Shown piece after piece: positions 55,756 to 64,000 of a DNA stretch of 64,000 bases (position 1 is its first letter; each line of letters begins with the position of its first letter). Source of the DNA: an uncultured Acidobacteriota bacterium (GTDB taxonomy: Bacteria > Acidobacteriota > Thermoanaerobaculia > UBA5066 > DATFVB01); the NCBI GenBank assembly GCA_963813155.1, contig CAWEYG010000001.1, positions 32,001 to 96,000 on the forward strand, given 5' to 3'. Below the pieces are notes generated by a model, which worked only from the letters and a program-made list of their open reading frames with translations, was not told the origin of the DNA and made no database searches. Position numbers and translations under genes: made by a program.

Positions 55756-58121
55756 ATGTCGCGCATTCTCCTGATCGACGATTCCACGGAAACGGATGCC
55801 GTGATCCGGGGGTTCCTTCCTCCCGACGGGCCGCAACTCGAGACCGCCCGGGAAGCCGGTGAGGGGCTGGACGTCGCGAGGTCGATCCAGCCCGAACTGA
55901 TCTTCATCAACCTCGCCCTGCCCGGAATTCCCTCGTGGCGCGCGATACGGGAAATCAAGCGGGACCTCTTCCTCTCGGCGGTCCCGGTGGTCGCGCTCTC
56001 GAGCGCCACCCAGGGCGGCGAGCGCGAGCGGGCGCTCGCGGCGGGGTGCGACGATTTCCTCGCCAAGCCGATTTCCCGCGAAGCCGTCGAGCGCGTTCTC
56101 TCGACCCACCTCGCGCCCGCGGACCTGGAACGGACCCGGCCCCTCGCGATCTCGACGCCGGCGGTTCGCGGCGTCCTTCGCGCTCGAATCCTGCTCGCGT
56201 CGGCCGATGCCGACTTTCTCCACCTCTACTCGCCCGCGCTGCAATTCGCCCGCTACCGGATCGAAACGGTCGCCTCCGGGCACGAGCTGTTCGAGAAGGT
56301 CGAGTCGACGCGGCCGCACATCGTGATCCTCGACTCGCGGCTTTCCGACCGCACGGGCGCCGAGGCGGCGGCCCAGATCAAGGCTCGCCAGAGAGATCCC
56401 TTCCTGCCGATCCTCCTGCTGACCGACGGCCGGCCGGAATCCGACGCGGGCTGGAACGCGCCGGCCGACGACTTCCTGGCCGGCCGTTTCCGGAGCCGGA
56501 ACTGAGGTTTCGCGTCCGCAAGCTCCTTCTGCTCTCGAGCGCGATGCAAAGCGAACGGGACCGATCGCGGCAGCTCGCGACGGTCGCCCGCCACATGACG
56601 CGGGGACTGCTGCTCGTCGACGGCGAAGGGCGAATCACCCTGATGAACCGCCCCTGCGCCGAAATCCTCGGGAGCAAGGCCGATCCGAGAGGCCGCGCCG
56701 CGCGCCATCTGCTTCGCTCGGCCGGACTTCGCGACTCGGAAGGCCGCGAGCTGGGCGCGGACTTCAACCCCGTCGCGAAACTCCGCAAACTTCGCGTTCC
56801 GTCCCTGCGCGAGATCTACACGGTGGAGACGGAACCCGGCCAGAGAACGAAGATCGAGATCGTCTCGACGGCGATCGCCGACAAGGGCAAGCGCGCGCGA
56901 GGCGCCGTCCTGCTCCTTCGACGAATCGGCGAGGACGCGGAAGCGCAACGCGAGCTCCACGAGGCGTACGAAAGGCTGATGGAAGTCGATCAGCTCAAGT
57001 CCCAATTCCTGTCGACCGTCTCGCACGAGCTCCGCACGCCGCTCAACACGATCATCCTGCTGTCGCACGTTCTCACCCGCGAGCCCGGCGAGCGACTCCC
57101 GACCGGGAAGAAGGAACACGATCTCCAGGTGATCCAGCAGAGCGCGACGACCTTGCTCCACATGATCAACAACCTGCTCGACCTCGCGAGAATCGAGGCC
57201 GGACAGGCCGAGGTCAGGCCGGAGAGCCTCGCGATCGAGCCGTTCCTGAAGGAGACCCTGGAAATCCTCTCCCCCCAGGCGGAAAGCCGGGGCCTGCGGT
57301 TGCGCCTCGCGGCCTCTCCCGCGCTTCCCGAGCGGGCCGCGTTCGACCGCGAAAAGGTCCGGCAGATCCTCCTGAACCTGATTTCCAACGCAATCAAGTT
57401 CACGCCCCGCGGCTCGGTCGAGCTCGCCGTGGCGCCGGCGGGAGCGGGCAACGTCCTGTCGTTTTCCGTCCGCGACGAGGGGCTCGGGATCCCGCCGGAC
57501 AAGCTGTCTTTCATCTTCGAGCCGTTCCGCCGGATTTCGCCCGAAGAAGGAGCGACCGCCGGCTCGGGCCTGGGTCTCTCGATCGTGAAGGAGCTCGTCC
57601 GGCTTATGGGCGGAGAGATTTCGGTCGAAAGCCAGCCGGGCAGCGGCTCGACGTTTCGCGTCCTGCTGCCGATCCTGCCCGCCGCCGAAGACCCTCACGA
57701 CTCGACCCGCCCGGCGCGCGCCCCCCGGTCGCGTACCCGGGTCCTGGTTGTGGAAGACGACGAAAGCTCGCGTTACGCGCTGACCTCCGTGCTCGCGCTC
57801 GAGGGGTACGGGGCCGATTCCGCGCGGAACGGGAAAGAGGCCTTTTCGAAGGCGCAATCCGGCGGTTACGACGCGATCTTCATGGACATCAGCCTTCCGG
57901 ACGAGGACGGAACATCGGTCATCGAGAATCTCCGGCGGCGTCCGGAGACGCGGGCCGTTCCCATCATCGCCCTGACGGGGAAGACCTCCGACGCCGACCG
58001 GCGGAAGATCGAGGCCTCCGGCGCCTCCGCCTACCTTTCCAAACCGGTCAACGTCAAACGCCTGCTGAAGACCCTTTCCCAGCTCCTGGACGCTCCCCGC
58101 GCAGCCGCGAAGCAGGGTTAA
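55756..58121 (+). CDS. Cytoplasmic hybrid histidine kinase REC-REC-PAS-HisKA-HATPase-REC (frameshift near 56482)
   Basis: Two N-terminal REC domains; second frame PAS, SHELRTPL, NLISNAIKF, DEGLGI, GSGLGL, MDISLP. Confidence 0.88.
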
Positions 58122-58133
58122 AATGACCCCCCA

Positions 58134-58162
58134 GAACATTTTGACAGGGATTCCGTTTCTGA
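58134..58162 (+). promoter_or_regulatory. Putative ECF sigma autoregulatory promoter
   Basis: GAAC..CGTT/TCTGA immediately upstream of the ECF gene; a TTGACA is also embedded. Confidence 0.4.
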
Positions 58163-58172
58163 TTGCGAGGAC

Positions 58173-58799
58173 ATGATGAACGAGACGCCCGACCAGACAC
58201 TCGCCGCCGCCTGCCGCGAAGGGGACGAAAAGGCGTGGGACGCGCTGCTCGATCGGTACGGGCGCCGGGTGTACGGGATCGCGTACCATTTCACCCTTCG
58301 AAAAGAGGACGCCGAGGAGCTCTCCCAGGAGATCTTCCTGAAAGTCTTCGAGAATCTCCACCGGTTCGACGGCAACTTTTCCTTCGGGGCCTGGATCGTG
58401 TCCCTCGCGCGCAACCTCTGCATCGATCACTACCGCCGGCGAAAGAGGGAAAAATCGTTCGTGCACGTGTCGGACGAAGCCGTGTTTCCCCTTCTCACCG
58501 CGACGGACGACCCCGCGCGCAATGCGCTCCAGAAAGAGCGCACGAAACTGCTCTTCGAGGCGATCGCGGAGCTTCCGGAGGACCTGTCGGAAATCCTGAT
58601 CCTCCGCGACCTCGACGGGCTCGCCTATGAGGAAATCGGCGCCGCGCTGGACCTGCCGGAAGGCACGGTCAAGTCGCGCCTCTTCCGCGCCCGGGCGGAG
58701 GCCGCCCGGATCATTCGGGTCAAGACCGAGCGCCGGCCGCGCAACGGCGGATGGAAACCGGTCACTCTCGCGCTCGCGCTGACGGCGGTGGCGTCGTGA
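58173..58799 (+). CDS. ECF RNA polymerase sigma factor
   Basis: DAEELSQEIF, W..SLARN.CID, YEEI, GTVKSRLFRAR. Confidence 0.94.
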   Translation: MMNETPDQTLAAACREGDEKAWDALLDRYGRRVYGIAYHFTLRKEDAEELSQEIFLKVFENLHRFDGNFSFGAWIVSLARNLCIDHYRRRKREKSFVHVSDEAVFPLLTATDDPARNALQKERTKLLFEAIAELPEDLSEILILRDLDGLAYEEIGAALDLPEGTVKSRLFRARAEAARIIRVKTERRPRNGGWKPVTLALALTAVAS

Positions 58800-59569
58800 G
58801 CTGCGAATTCTTCGAAAAGCATTTCGTCGCGTCCGGCGAGCCCCGGGACCTCGAGGCTCACGTCGGCGCCTGCGCCGAGTGCCGCTCGCGGTCGGCCGAT
58901 TTCATCCGGCTCTCCGCGACGATCACGCGCCTCGGCCTGCCGCGCGTCCCGGAGGAGACCCGGAATCTCTGGAAAGGCATCCCGTCGGAGACGACGAATT
59001 GCGAGCGCGCCTCCGAGCTGTCCGCCCGGCAAGTCGGGGAACCCCTGTCCGAGACGGACCGGCGAAAGCTCGACTTCCATCTTTCCCGGTGCGAAGCGTG
59101 CCGCGAAACCGCGGCCGTGCTCGGAGTCGCTTCGGAGCTCCAGGCGCCCGCGCCGCCGGCGGGTTGGACGGTTCGTCCTCCCGCGCCGGTCGTCTCGCTG
59201 TCGGACGAGCGCCAGAAACGGGCTTCGCGGCGTTCGGGATGGTCGGACCCCCGGCTCTACGCGGCCGCCGCCTGTTTCCTCGCCGGTTTCTTCGCCTTCT
59301 TCGCGAACAGCCTGCAGGCCCCTCCGGCCGCGGGAGCCGCGCTGTCGGTGACCGGAGAGATCCGGAACAGCGTTCGCGTGCGGTGGGCCGAGGCCACCGA
59401 CCGAATTCAGATTTGGCAGGAAGGGATCTCGCGCCACTGGGTGGCCACCCGCGAGACCTTGACCGGCTATACCCGGGCCGCGGGAGCGATCGCCCTGTCG
59501 GCAGCGGGACGCGCCACGGAAGGATTCCTCCGCAACGAAACGAAAACAGAGAAAGGAAACAAGTCATGA
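58796..59569 (+). CDS. Anti-sigma factor with two ZAS motifs and a TM
   Basis: HVGACAEC and HLSRCEAC (HxxxCxxC), one TM; GTGA coupling. Confidence 0.82.
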   Translation: MSCEFFEKHFVASGEPRDLEAHVGACAECRSRSADFIRLSATITRLGLPRVPEETRNLWKGIPSETTNCERASELSARQVGEPLSETDRRKLDFHLSRCEACRETAAVLGVASELQAPAPPAGWTVRPPAPVVSLSDERQKRASRRSGWSDPRLYAAAACFLAGFFAFFANSLQAPPAAGAALSVTGEIRNSVRVRWAEATDRIQIWQEGISRHWVATRETLTGYTRAAGAIALSAAGRATEGFLRNETKTEKGNKS

Positions 59570-60270
59570 AATGCCATCTCCATCCGGACCGGGACGCGGT
59601 CGGGTATTGCACCACCTGCGGGACGGGGGTCTGCGCGGAATGCCGGCGGGAAGTGCTCGGAACGATTCGCTGCCCCGCCCACGCGACGGCGACGGTGCCG
59701 GTCGCTCCGCGCCCCACGAAATCGGGGTTCCTCAGCGGATTCTTCTCGCTCATGTTCCCGGGGCTGGGACATCTCTATCTCGGCGTCTACCAGCGAGGGC
59801 TCAAATTCGGCGGCATCGCGGTCGCGCTCATCGTCGTGCTCTCCATGGAGCCGGGCCGCATGTCCGTCCTCTTCGGCGTCTCGCTCTTCTTCCTGTACGC
59901 CTTCGCGTTCTTCGACGCGCTCCATGTCTGCCATCAAATCAACGAGGGAACCTGGAGCGGAAGCTCTTTGATGCCGATGGAGAGCCGGCAGGTCGCCCGG
60001 CCAAAGTCCGGCTCCGCGACGCTCACGTGGGGCGTGATCCTCTTTGGAATCGGGTGTCTGTTCGTGGCCGACCGCTACCTCGACCTCGATCGGTTCTTCG
60101 ACTGGACGCGGGACAACATCGGATTCGTCTTCCTCGCCCTCGGCGCCGTGCTGCTCGTCGCGTACGCCCGCCGGCGGAGCCGCGAGAAAGACCGCGAGCT
60201 CGAGAATTCCGCGTCATCTCTTTCCCCGGTCCCCTCCGACTCCCCCGACCGCAACTCCTTCGTCAAGTGA
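59566..60270 (+). CDS. B-box-type zinc finger membrane protein
   Basis: CHLHP..CTTC..CAEC..CPAH, PGLGHLY, about 5 TMs. Confidence 0.8.
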   Translation: MKCHLHPDRDAVGYCTTCGTGVCAECRREVLGTIRCPAHATATVPVAPRPTKSGFLSGFFSLMFPGLGHLYLGVYQRGLKFGGIAVALIVVLSMEPGRMSVLFGVSLFFLYAFAFFDALHVCHQINEGTWSGSSLMPMESRQVARPKSGSATLTWGVILFGIGCLFVADRYLDLDRFFDWTRDNIGFVFLALGAVLLVAYARRRSREKDRELENSASSLSPVPSDSPDRNSFVK

Positions 60271-60273
60271 CCG

Positions 60274-60301
60274 CCCGGCGGGCCCGAAAGGGTCCGCCCG
60301 G
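60274..60301. terminator. GC-rich hairpin between convergent genes
   Basis: CCCGGCGGGCCC-GAAA-GGGTCCGCCCGGG; no U tract. Confidence 0.45.
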
Positions 60302-60357
60302 GCCGGCCCTTCCCCCAGCCCCAGCGACTCGCAGCCCGCCATCCGAATGGCGAATCG

Positions 60358-62079
60358 CTATCGGCGCTTGAAAAAAGTCAGCAGGTCGGAATCGGAGAGC
60401 GAGAGCACGACCGGACGGCCGTGGGGACAGGTGAAGCGATCCTCACACTTGATCCAGTCCCCGAGCAACCGCTCGATCTCCGCGTGCGCGAGGCGGTGGC
60501 GGATCGTGATCGCGGACCGGCACGCCACCGTCGCGGCGACGCGGTCCCGGCGCCCCTCGATCTCTTTCGAGCCCTTGAGGAGCTCCGCGAGAACGTCGCG
60601 CAGAAACGGCGCGGGGTCCCGGCCCGAGGCTTCCGACGGCACTCCGGCGATCGCGTACGCGCGGCCCGACATGGGCTCGATCTCGAATCCCGCGGCCGCG
60701 AGCAGATCGCGGCCCTCCTCGAGAATGAGAGCCTCCTCGGGCGAGGCCTCGAACACCGCGCCGGTCAGGAGCGCCTGAGAGAAGGCACGTCCCTGGCGAA
60801 TCCGGTCGCGGAATTTCTCGTACAGGATCCGCTCGTGCGCGGCGTGCTGGTCCAGGACGAGGAGTCCGGCGGCCCCTTCCGCGACGAGAAACGATTCGTC
60901 GTACTGGCCGATTGCGCGAATCGGCTCGGGCTTCTCGATCTCGACCTGAACGCTCGCCGGCGCCGGTCCGGGCTTCTCGATCCGGAGCTTGCGCTCCGAA
61001 GACGGCTGCTCGGGGGCTGCCGCGTAGACTTCCGCCGCTTCCGCCACCGAAAAGTCCGTCGACGGCACGGGCACGAGACGCCGCTCCTGCTTGCCGGCGG
61101 TCAGGGCGGAGAGGACGCCGTGAAAGACGAGACGATAGACCTCCGAGGGCTGCGCGAACCGCACCTCCGTCTTCGCGGGCGAGACGTTAACGTCGACGGT
61201 TCCCTCCGGGGCCGTCAGGAAGAGGAACACTCCCGGGTGGCGATCCGTTCGAATCGCCTCCTTGGCCGCCTGCTGGATCGCGCGCGACACGCCCCGGTCC
61301 TCGACGGCCCGCGAGTTGACGAAAAGAAACTGGAGACGGCGCGATGCGAATGTGATCGATCCTCTCGTCGCGAGCCCCGAAAGCCGCAGCTGCCCGGCGC
61401 GGGCCTCGAACGGGAGAAGGTCCCCGAGCGCGTCACGGCCGAAGAGCTGCAGGCCGCGCTCCGCGCAGTCCGCCGCACGCGCAACGTCGAACAGCTCCCG
61501 GCCGTTCGACCGGAGCGCGAACCGCACGCCGGGGTGGGCCAGCGCGAGCCGGGTCGCGACTTTCGAGATCTCCCTCGCCTCGGCTTCGGGGGTTTTCAGA
61601 AACTTCCGGCGCGCGGGGGTCTTCCGAAAGAGGTCTTCGACGAGAACGTCGGTGCCCCTCGGCCGGGCGGCCGGCTCCTCGCGGCGCGGGCCGCCAAAGT
61701 CGATCCGAATCCGCGTTCCGCCCGGGCCCGTTCCATCGGAGGTCGTCAGCGTGAATTTCGAGACCGACGCGATCGAGGGAAGGGCCTCGCCGCGAAACCC
61801 GTACGACATCACGCGGACGAGGTCTTCCTCCGTTCGAATCTTCGAGGTGGCGTGCCGTTCGACGGAGAGGAGCGCGTCTTCGCGGGACATCCCGCTGCCG
61901 TCGTCGCGAACCCGGAGAGATCCGATCCCGCCCTCCCCGACGTCGATCTCGATCCAGCTCGCGCCCGCGTCGAGAGAATTCTCGATCAGCTCCTTGGCGA
62001 GCGACGCGGGCCTCTCGACGACCTCGCCGGCCGCGATCCGATCGATCGTCCGGGAGTCCAGCGCGCGGATCTTCGGCAT
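60358..62079 (-). CDS. mutL: DNA mismatch repair endonuclease MutL
   Basis: IAAGEVVERP, GFRGEAL, DQHAAHER, ACR, CPHGRP. Confidence 0.96.
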   Translation of the reverse strand: MPKIRALDSRTIDRIAAGEVVERPASLAKELIENSLDAGASWIEIDVGEGGIGSLRVRDDGSGMSREDALLSVERHATSKIRTEEDLVRVMSYGFRGEALPSIASVSKFTLTTSDGTGPGGTRIRIDFGGPRREEPAARPRGTDVLVEDLFRKTPARRKFLKTPEAEAREISKVATRLALAHPGVRFALRSNGRELFDVARAADCAERGLQLFGRDALGDLLPFEARAGQLRLSGLATRGSITFASRRLQFLFVNSRAVEDRGVSRAIQQAAKEAIRTDRHPGVFLFLTAPEGTVDVNVSPAKTEVRFAQPSEVYRLVFHGVLSALTAGKQERRLVPVPSTDFSVAEAAEVYAAAPEQPSSERKLRIEKPGPAPASVQVEIEKPEPIRAIGQYDESFLVAEGAAGLLVLDQHAAHERILYEKFRDRIRQGRAFSQALLTGAVFEASPEEALILEEGRDLLAAAGFEIEPMSGRAYAIAGVPSEASGRDPAPFLRDVLAELLKGSKEIEGRRDRVAATVACRSAITIRHRLAHAEIERLLGDWIKCEDRFTCPHGRPVVLSLSDSDLLTFFKRR

Positions 62080-62089
62080 CTCGGTCGGC

Positions 62090-64000
62090 TCAGGCGGTCG
62101 ACGAAATCGCGCCCGCCGAAAGCGCGGCGCGGGCCGCCGCGAGCCGCGCGATCGGAACGCGATACGGAGAGCAGGAGACGTAGTCGAGTCCCGTCTGGTG
62201 GAAGAACGTGATCGAGGCGGGATCGCCGCCGTGTTCGCCGCAGACTCCGACCTTGAGCTTCGCGCGCGCCGAACGGCCGCGCGCGGTCCCGAGCGAGACG
62301 AGCTGCCCGACCCCGGCCGCGTCGATCGAGGCGAACGGGTCGCTCGGAAGAATTCCCGCCTCCAGGTAATGGGGCAGGAACGACCCGATGTCGTCCCGCG
62401 AGTATCCGAAAGTCATCTGCGTGAGGTCGTTCGTGCCGAAGGAGAAGAATTCCGCCTCCGCCGCGATCTCCGCCGCCAGCAGCGCGGCACGCGGGATTTC
62501 GATCATCGTCCCGACGAGGTAGGGCACGCGGCGGCCCTTCTCACGGAAGACGTCGCGCGCGATCCGGTCCGTCATGTCGCGCAGGACCGTGAATTCCGCG
62601 ACCGTTCCGACGAGGGGAATCATGATTTCGGGAATGGGCCGAATGCCGCTTCGCGCGACGTCGACCGCCGCTTCCAGAATCGCCCTCACCTGGATCTCAT
62701 AGATCTCGGGGTGCGTCAGCCCCAGCCGGCAGCCCCGGTGACCGAGCATCGGATTCGCCTCCGAAAGGCCTTCGACCTTTCCCTTGAGCACTTCGACCGA
62801 GACGCCCATCTCCTTCGCGGTTGCGGCGAGCGCCTTCGGTTCGCGCGGAAGGAATTCGTGGAGCGGCGGATCGAGCAATCGGATCGTCACCGGGAGATCG
62901 CGCATCTCGCGGAAGATCCCGGCGAAATCGCCCCTCTGCATGGGAAGGATTTTCGTGAGGGCCTTTTTTCTCTCCTCCGGCGTTTCCGAGAGGATCATCT
63001 CGCGCACTGCCGTGATTCGCTCTTCCTCGAAGAACATGTGCTCCGTGCGGCAGAGCCCGATCCCCTCCGCGCCGAAGGCTCGCGCCACGTGCGCGTCGCG
63101 AGGAGTGTCGGCATTGGCGCGGACGCCGAGCGTTCTCACCTCGTCGGCCCAGCCGAGAAGGCGCGCGAACTGGCGATAGATCTTCGAATCGGAGGGCTTG
63201 ATCTTTCCCTCGACGGCCACCTGGATGACCTCCGACGGCCGCGTCGAGAGCTTTCCCGAGAGCACTTCGCCCGTCGTCCCGTCGACGGAGAGAAAATCGC
63301 CCTCGGAGACCGTCTGGCCCCGCGACATGAGGCGCGCGTAGCGGGAGTCGATCGTGAGCTCCCCGCAGCCGACGACGCAGCACTTTCCCATTCCCCGCGC
63401 GACGACGGCGGCATGGGAGGTCATTCCGCCCCGCGAGGTCAGGATCCCTTTCGACGCCGCCATGCCGAGGATGTCCTCGGGCGACGTCTCCGCCCGGACC
63501 AGAATCACCGGATCGCCGCGTTGCGCCATCTCGACGGCGCGTTCGGCCGAAAACGCCGCTCGCCCGCACGCGGCGCCCGGCCCCGCCGGAAGGCCACGGG
63601 CGAGAAGCCGGCCCTCGGCGACCGCCTCCTCCTTCTCCGCGAGGGGAAAAACGGGCGCCAGCAGCTGCGAGAGCTGCTCCGGGTCGACCCGCGTCAGCGC
63701 CTCTTTCTTCGAGATCCGCTTCTCGTCGACCAGGTCGCAGGCGATCTTCACGGCCGCAAAGCCGGTTCGTTTTCCGTTTCGCGTCTGCAGGATGTAGAGC
63801 CTGCCGCTCTCGATCGTGAACTCGATGTCCTGCATGTCGCGGAAGTTCTTCTCGAGAGCCTGCCGCACGCGCAGGAGCCTTCCGTAGACCGAGGGCATCG
63901 TCTCCTCGAGGGAGTCGCCCCGGCCCGTCGCCGAGATCGGGTGGGGCGTGCGGATTCCGGCGACGACGTCCTCGCCCTGGGCGTTCGGGAGGAACTCGCC
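62090..64000 (-). CDS. ppdK: Pyruvate phosphate dikinase (5' truncated by window)
   Basis: NAQGEDVVAG, LQTR, GGMTSHAAVVAR, GLCRTEHM, FGTNDL, CGEHGG. Confidence 0.97.
   Translation of the reverse strand, partial: GEFLPNAQGEDVVAGIRTPHPISATGRGDSLEETMPSVYGRLLRVRQALEKNFRDMQDIEFTIESGRLYILQTRNGKRTGFAAVKIACDLVDEKRISKKEALTRVDPEQLSQLLAPVFPLAEKEEAVAEGRLLARGLPAGPGAACGRAAFSAERAVEMAQRGDPVILVRAETSPEDILGMAASKGILTSRGGMTSHAAVVARGMGKCCVVGCGELTIDSRYARLMSRGQTVSEGDFLSVDGTTGEVLSGKLSTRPSEVIQVAVEGKIKPSDSKIYRQFARLLGWADEVRTLGVRANADTPRDAHVARAFGAEGIGLCRTEHMFFEEERITAVREMILSETPEERKKALTKILPMQRGDFAGIFREMRDLPVTIRLLDPPLHEFLPREPKALAATAKEMGVSVEVLKGKVEGLSEANPMLGHRGCRLGLTHPEIYEIQVRAILEAAVDVARSGIRPIPEIMIPLVGTVAEFTVLRDMTDRIARDVFREKGRRVPYLVGTMIEIPRAALLAAEIAAEAEFFSFGTNDLTQMTFGYSRDDIGSFLPHYLEAGILPSDPFASIDAAGVGQLVSLGTARGRSARAKLKVGVCGEHGGDPASITFFHQTGLDYVSCSPYRVPIARLAAARAALSAGAISSTA

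Overview
High-GC bacterial chromosomal segment (roughly 65-70% by eye), mostly housekeeping genes. Gene content and style suggest Acidobacteriota, possibly Thermoanaerobaculia; this is inference. Left to right: partial thiD; a tightly packed minus-strand tail of small accessory genes including a bacterial Pth2 and a low-GC FosX-like VOC gene; hrcA-grpE-dnaK-dnaJ-prmA; an MglA-type GTPase with a long extension, mltD, comM, an M23 peptidase, secA, guaB, rarA, carD and tRNA-Leu; tilS-hpt-ftsH-folP-cdaA-cdaR-glmM; ligA; a four-gene operon with an M1-peptidase-like and an SDR-like gene that both lack catalytic residues, plus REC-PilZ; a KS/CLF/thioesterase trio; FHA-AAA+ and two-component regulators; smc; tRNA-Thr; an ECF sigma module; mutL; partial ppdK. 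Many genes, including essential ones, carry single-base frameshifts that are most simply long-read consensus errors. No prophage, IS, CRISPR array or integron was seen. The most notable signals are several apparent pseudo-enzymes, a possible hybrid kinase > ChpT-like pseudokinase > sigma54 activator relay beside a sigma54 promoter and a 48-aa membrane protein, a two-copy ~140-nt structured repeat with pairing-preserving changes, tandem NrdR-like boxes before smc, and frequent leaderless-type promoters. All calls come from reading motifs by eye; no searches were run.
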